Assembly: GCA_037447605.1 (NCBI GenBank)
Contig: CM074822.1
Span: forward strand, 333,492-397,491
Length of the DNA: 64,000 nucleotides
Source: Zygnema circumcarinatum SAG 698-1b
Taxonomy: Eukaryota > Plantae > Zygnematophyceae
Direction of reading: 5' to 3'
The notes below the pieces were generated by a model. It ran no database searches. It saw nothing but the letters and a program-made list of their open reading frames with translations, and was not told the origin of the DNA. Positions 59,196 through 64,000 of this stretch are shown in pieces (position 1 is the stretch's first letter; each line of letters opens with the position of its first letter). A program made the position numbers and the translations under genes.

Positions 59196-60563
59196 ATGGC
59201 GGCCATGGCTTCCCTGCCTGCCTCCGCCCCACAAGGCAACGAGCTCCTGTTTTCTGGTCACGCAGAGCTCTATGCGCGCCATCGTCCTCACTACCCTGCA
59301 GATCTCTTCTCTTTTCTCGCAGGGCTCACTGGGGAGGGGCCTGCATCTCACTCACTTGCATGGGATGTTGGTACCGGCAATGGGCAGGCTGCCATAGGCT
59401 TGGCGGCCCACTTTAAGTCTGTTCTTGCAACGGATGTAAGCGAAGAGCAAATAGCAAGGGCAGGTTTGGCTGCCGCATTGCCAAACATCGAGTTTCGTGT
59501 TGCGAATGCAAATTTAGGGTTTGAGGAGGCGGGGCTTCCTCTTGTGGAGCACTCTGTGGATCTTGTTACTGTTGCGTGTGCTCTGCATTGGTTGGATAGG
59601 AGTAAGTTCTTCGCTAATGTTTATAGGGCGCTGAAGAAGGAGACGGGTGTGTTTGCCGCGTGGGGGTTTACGAGTCCTCGGATTGAGCCGCAGATCGATG
59701 AGGTGGTGCAGGTAAGGCCGTTATTTGTAAGAGAATCGCGGGGGGTGGAGGATTGATGTTGCAGCACATGGGCCGCTTCTCTGATGGCTATTTGTTATAA
59801 GTCAAAAGCACATTGAATTGGCAAAAAAAGAAGGGAAAGGGAGAGCGAGCGAGAGAAAGAGAGAGAGCGACTGAGGGAGAGCTGGAGAGAGAGGAGGGAA
59901 AGGGAGAGAGAGGGAGGGAGGGAGGGAGAGAGAATTAAAAGATTTATCGTCTATGAGTCCCTCCCTCCCTTGGATACCAAAATGGAAGTTCATGAGCTTA
60001 GGGTTTCTGATGATGAAAGACCTCGGAAAGTGAGTTTTACGCCAGTTCGGCCGTTATTCAGAATTCTTGAAATTCTGAGTTTCACGGATTCTTGTAGGGC
60101 ACTTTTGTCGATTTATCGCTTGTAATTACTACACTCCAAGGGCACATGGAACCCTGCAGCTATGATAGAAGCCTTGTTTTCAATGCAGTTTTCTGATTTT
60201 GCCCCACAATGTTTACAAAACTGCTCCCCCTCCCAGGCATGCCGTGCAGAAATACACAAATATCGGAGGCCAGATTTGGATGCTGCGCATAATCAGCTGA
60301 AAGACATAGAGTTTCCGTTTCAGGAGATACCTGTAGAGGTTGGCACGTTTAACTGTGACATGGAGTGGGCGGTGGACGACTGCCTTGGTTGGCTTTCGAC
60401 CCTTTCATCAGCTCAGCTCGCTAAGCAGTTGACTGGTCGTGATGTGGTTTTGGACTTCAAACCAGCGCTGGTGCAGGCGTGGCAAGACGATCCCAAGAAG
60501 GTGAAAAGAGTCACATTGCCTTTGTATATGAAAGTGGGCCGAGTGAGGAAGCAGTCGTCATAG
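59196..60563 (+). CDS. Class I SAM-dependent methyltransferase (Methyltransf_11 type); join(59196..59711,60237..60563), 280 aa
   Basis: YARHRPHYP, motif I AWDVGTGNGQAA, ATDVSEEQI, SVDLVTVACALHW. A phase-0 GT-AG intron gives 516+327 nt. Confidence 0.92.
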
Positions 60564-60926
60564 TGACTACGACCATGACCGTGACTATGACCACATTCGA
60601 CCGCGGTCTGTATATAACATAATGTATAAATCGGAAGTCCAGTCGTAGTTTTGCCGTATTCTGACGAAGACAGTGACCTCGGCTATGACCATACTCGACC
60701 ATGACTTGTACATACTGTACCCCTTGTATTGAAAAACCCTTTTCTTACTGCATCCTTTTAAGTCTGAGCAACATCGGCTTTTATTGGCAACCTTGTTCGC
60801 TTCTCCTTCAGTTCACTTGAGTCATTGCCATCCGGGGAACATCTCAAAACCACAAAAGAGATAGACAGGAATACCCCAACCATTTCATTCATACTTTTTT
60901 TAGAGATAAGATACAAACCCAAGACA

Positions 60927-63900
60927 TCAATACTCGCTATGTAAGACCGTCTGCTCAGCAAGAGTGGGCTCGCGCTGGCGTTCCATTTGAGAGGCGAACA
61001 TACTATCAGCAGGCATGATATTGCACTGCGCGTAGTGCTGCAAGAGCTGATCCGCCAACACAAGCGCCACCATGGCCTCCACCATCGGCACGGCTGCTCC
61101 CCATCCCCATCCATGACAAGGGCATCCATGACAAATCGCATCGATTAACACCGGTCGGTTAATACTGGCGGTTACATGCTAATCAATGAGCAGCCCATTC
61201 AGGATCCTTAGGTGTATGTGTGTGTGTGAGAGAGAGAGGAAAGCAAAAGGGGGGGGGGGGGAGGAGACGTATCGGTAAACTGACCTCGAGGAACGACACA
61301 TGGATCATGTCGCCCTCTCGCCCTCAGCTCTGTCTCCTCCTTACTCCTTGTAACAGTCTTTTGGTTCCTCTGCAGGAAAGAGTAAGTCCACAGACAACAG
61401 GGAAATAAGGCTCGTTTGTTGTGGGTTAAGCAATGTTTTGATCATTAGCAAGATGCGGTTTGATACAATTAGCACCACATGGCTAAATCAAATCAAATCA
61501 AATCATGCGCAACTCTCCCAAACATGTTGGGGAAAAAAGGGATTCTCCTGAGCCTGGTTCACAAATGAAAGATAGATGGGAATAGTAAATAGCTACTGGA
61601 AAGGAACCACAGTGAACACCCTTAAACACTGAGAAAAATGGCAGGGTGAACGGACAATTTAACAGACAATAACAATTGCCTGTTTCTGGGAGCAGAAACT
61701 GCAGCGATTCTTTCAGAAAACAGGAATTGGAAGCTCTTAGAAATGTGGAAAGAATGCAGAAATGGGCTCGAACCAATGAAAACTGCATTGAGAGGAGTGC
61801 AGATGAAAGCTGGACAACAGCAAGAAAGTATGGCACTGAGGATGCTTACAGTAATTGTGGACGTGGGCTTGAAGGCAATTCGCATTACAATCATTTCTCC
61901 ATTGGAAATCCCACCCTGAAAAATTAGCCATCCCTCTCTTTCATTAGCTATAGGGGAATCGGCTTTCAAACAGTCAAAACCCTCTCAATATCCATTTCAT
62001 TCATCCCTTTTTTCAGAGCAACATGGGGCCATGCACTCCCCTGCATTGCTCGAAACTGCCTTACAATCTGTACGATTCCTTATTAGGTTGTGCTCTTATC
62101 AGGTTCTGTTCCACAGCCGCCATCAAGTAGCATGAAATACCTGTATTCCGCCGGATCTGTTTGTGCGTGTTCTCACTTCTCCACCGTCATCGATGTAAAA
62201 CTCATCGTTATGCTCACTTCCCAACATCAAGGAGCCTGTTACATCCCACCTACCTACTATGAGATTTCACCATAATACAAAAGTTTGAATCTCTCCACCT
62301 AAGTCTGGACAGTAGCCATGACTAAGCCTTACCGCATTCAACTTCTGGACTGTCTTTGCTAAGAGTATGACTTCAAAAAGCAGAAAAACATGGACGAGAA
62401 GCGTTAAGGGATGAGAAATGTGACCTTCAAATCCGCTACCAATTTCAAAGCCCTTTGTGGCTGGTAAGGACATCAATGCCTTTGCCATTTCAGCCTCCAG
62501 CTTGTCAAATACGGGCGATCCCAAACCCTGCCATCCAACCCCAAAATATCTATCCCTGAGCAGAATATAATGAAATATAATCGCAAGTATATTTAGTATC
62601 GGAATAGTGGCTGTAGTAGTAGTCAATTGTAGAGCTAACCTTGGGTACATTTCGAGCAATACATGTGACAACTCCTCCACATGAATCGCCTCCAACTCTC
62701 ACAGCATCGATAGCTTCGATCATCTTTTCTGCCACGGCTTGATCGGGGCATCGCACTATGTTGCTCTCAACCTGCTCCCACTCTCTACCCCGCCGACGAT
62801 GCTTTGCATAATGATCTCATGGAAGCAAGTTCAGGCTGACTAGGCTAACCAGTATCACGGTTCAATTGTGGGGTTCACCTTCGCATGCGAAAGTACATCT
62901 TGCTCTACCTATGGGTGCAGTACTCCATTCCTACCTCCATCAATTCATAGTCATGGACTTCATTCTGTAGGTTGATGCAAATATCGACCAATAAAGATAA
63001 GCAAAGATAATATAGAAAATATATATATACCAGCAGTCTCATGACGTTGTGCAAGAGTGGAACATCAACATAGCCTTGGACAGAAAGACAAAGGATTAAT
63101 AGTTTCCCAATTCCAAACAACATTGCCCAGGAATCACTTTTTCTAATCGTTCATCCTGTTTTTAATTGTTACAATCGGTCCGATTTAATATTCAGGAGCT
63201 GTACCTGTGCCATAGATAATGTCTCATGATCCACCGCTCCTTCTGGCAACTCCACTTTATGAACTCGTGAAACGTACGCCAAAACCTAGCAGCCAATTTA
63301 TATGGATGCACCATCAGTCCTTCAATATCAACCCACAAAAGAAGAAAAGCAGCTTGGAACAAAATAAGCTCATCAGATGATGCATGCACTTGTCGGTTGC
63401 TCGGACTTTAGTCATCGAGTTATACATAGTTCTTCTCTTGCAAAGTCCAAAGGGCACCGAGGAGGACTAAGAGGTGACTAAGAAGGCAACCAGAAGGCAG
63501 GCAGCGAACTGATCTTAAGACATGCTTGTCTAAAGCTGTATAGAGCTCAGAACGATGAGTATAGAAAAAGTAAGTAAGTCAAATACATCTGTGTTGGCTA
63601 ACGATTGCAGAAGTTTTTTTGCAACTGCTCCCGCTGCCACTCTCCCAATGGTTTCGCGAGCTGAAGATCGACCACCTCCCTGCAAAACTCTCAGAAATCA
63701 TGCAAATCCAATTTCTACATCTGTTTAGTATTAGGAAAACCCAAAAAGGCACAGTGAGCATTGCTCTGAATTAACCGTATCCACAAACTTTTCCCTAGGA
63801 GCTTCAAGACACTATGTTGATTGTGCCATCTAGTATATACTAAATCCTTCCTCAACTCTCAAACAAAACAGCCCCCGTTCTAGTTTAGGTATCCTTCAAT

Positions 63901-64000
63901 GCTAGATTTTGTCCGTCACCTGACTGCTTGGTTCTGAAATTTCATATTTACCTGGACTGCTCGAACTCCGTACTTGAAATCATACGTGGCATCCGCATGT
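60927..64000 (-). CDS. aroC: Chorismate synthase (3' part; gene continues beyond the window), at least 9 exons
   Basis: Exons encode [105 protein letters not shown] and [19 protein letters not shown]. Stop at 60927-60929. Confidence 0.96.

Overview
Eukaryotic nuclear DNA, not prokaryotic. It has spliceosomal GT-AG introns, a plant-type LHCA1, a plant-type chorismate synthase and many microsatellites, consistent with a streptophyte alga or non-seed plant; the species cannot be determined from the sequence. In order: (1) a decayed Ty1/copia LTR retrotransposon (<1-6466, minus), carrying a nested 1.6-kb solo LTR in RNase H and a Tc1/mariner MITE in its 3' LTR; (2) two tandem germin-like (cupin) genes; (3) a GT61 glycosyltransferase; (4) LHCA1, back-to-back with tRNA-Ile(AAT); (5) a complete Tc1/mariner MITE; (6) a multi-exon TPR + metallo-beta-lactamase-fold fusion gene; (7) two related genes with EAR-like motifs and a degenerate, zipper-less bZIP-like basic region, separated by a 702-bp foldback element; (8) an AT5G65540-like Bromo_TP histone-fold gene sharing a short bidirectional promoter with a SAM methyltransferase; (9) the 3' part of chorismate synthase. 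Most long ORFs in the supplied track (poly-SL, poly-ER, poly-YI, poly-P) are microsatellite artefacts. There are three 10-N assembly gaps. I see no demonstrably new system. The best candidates for a second look are the bZIP-like/EAR gene pair, the TPR-MBL fusion, the Cys-less germins, and TTAGGG-type motifs just after several stop codons. All protein family calls rest on motifs I recognise; no database searches were run.
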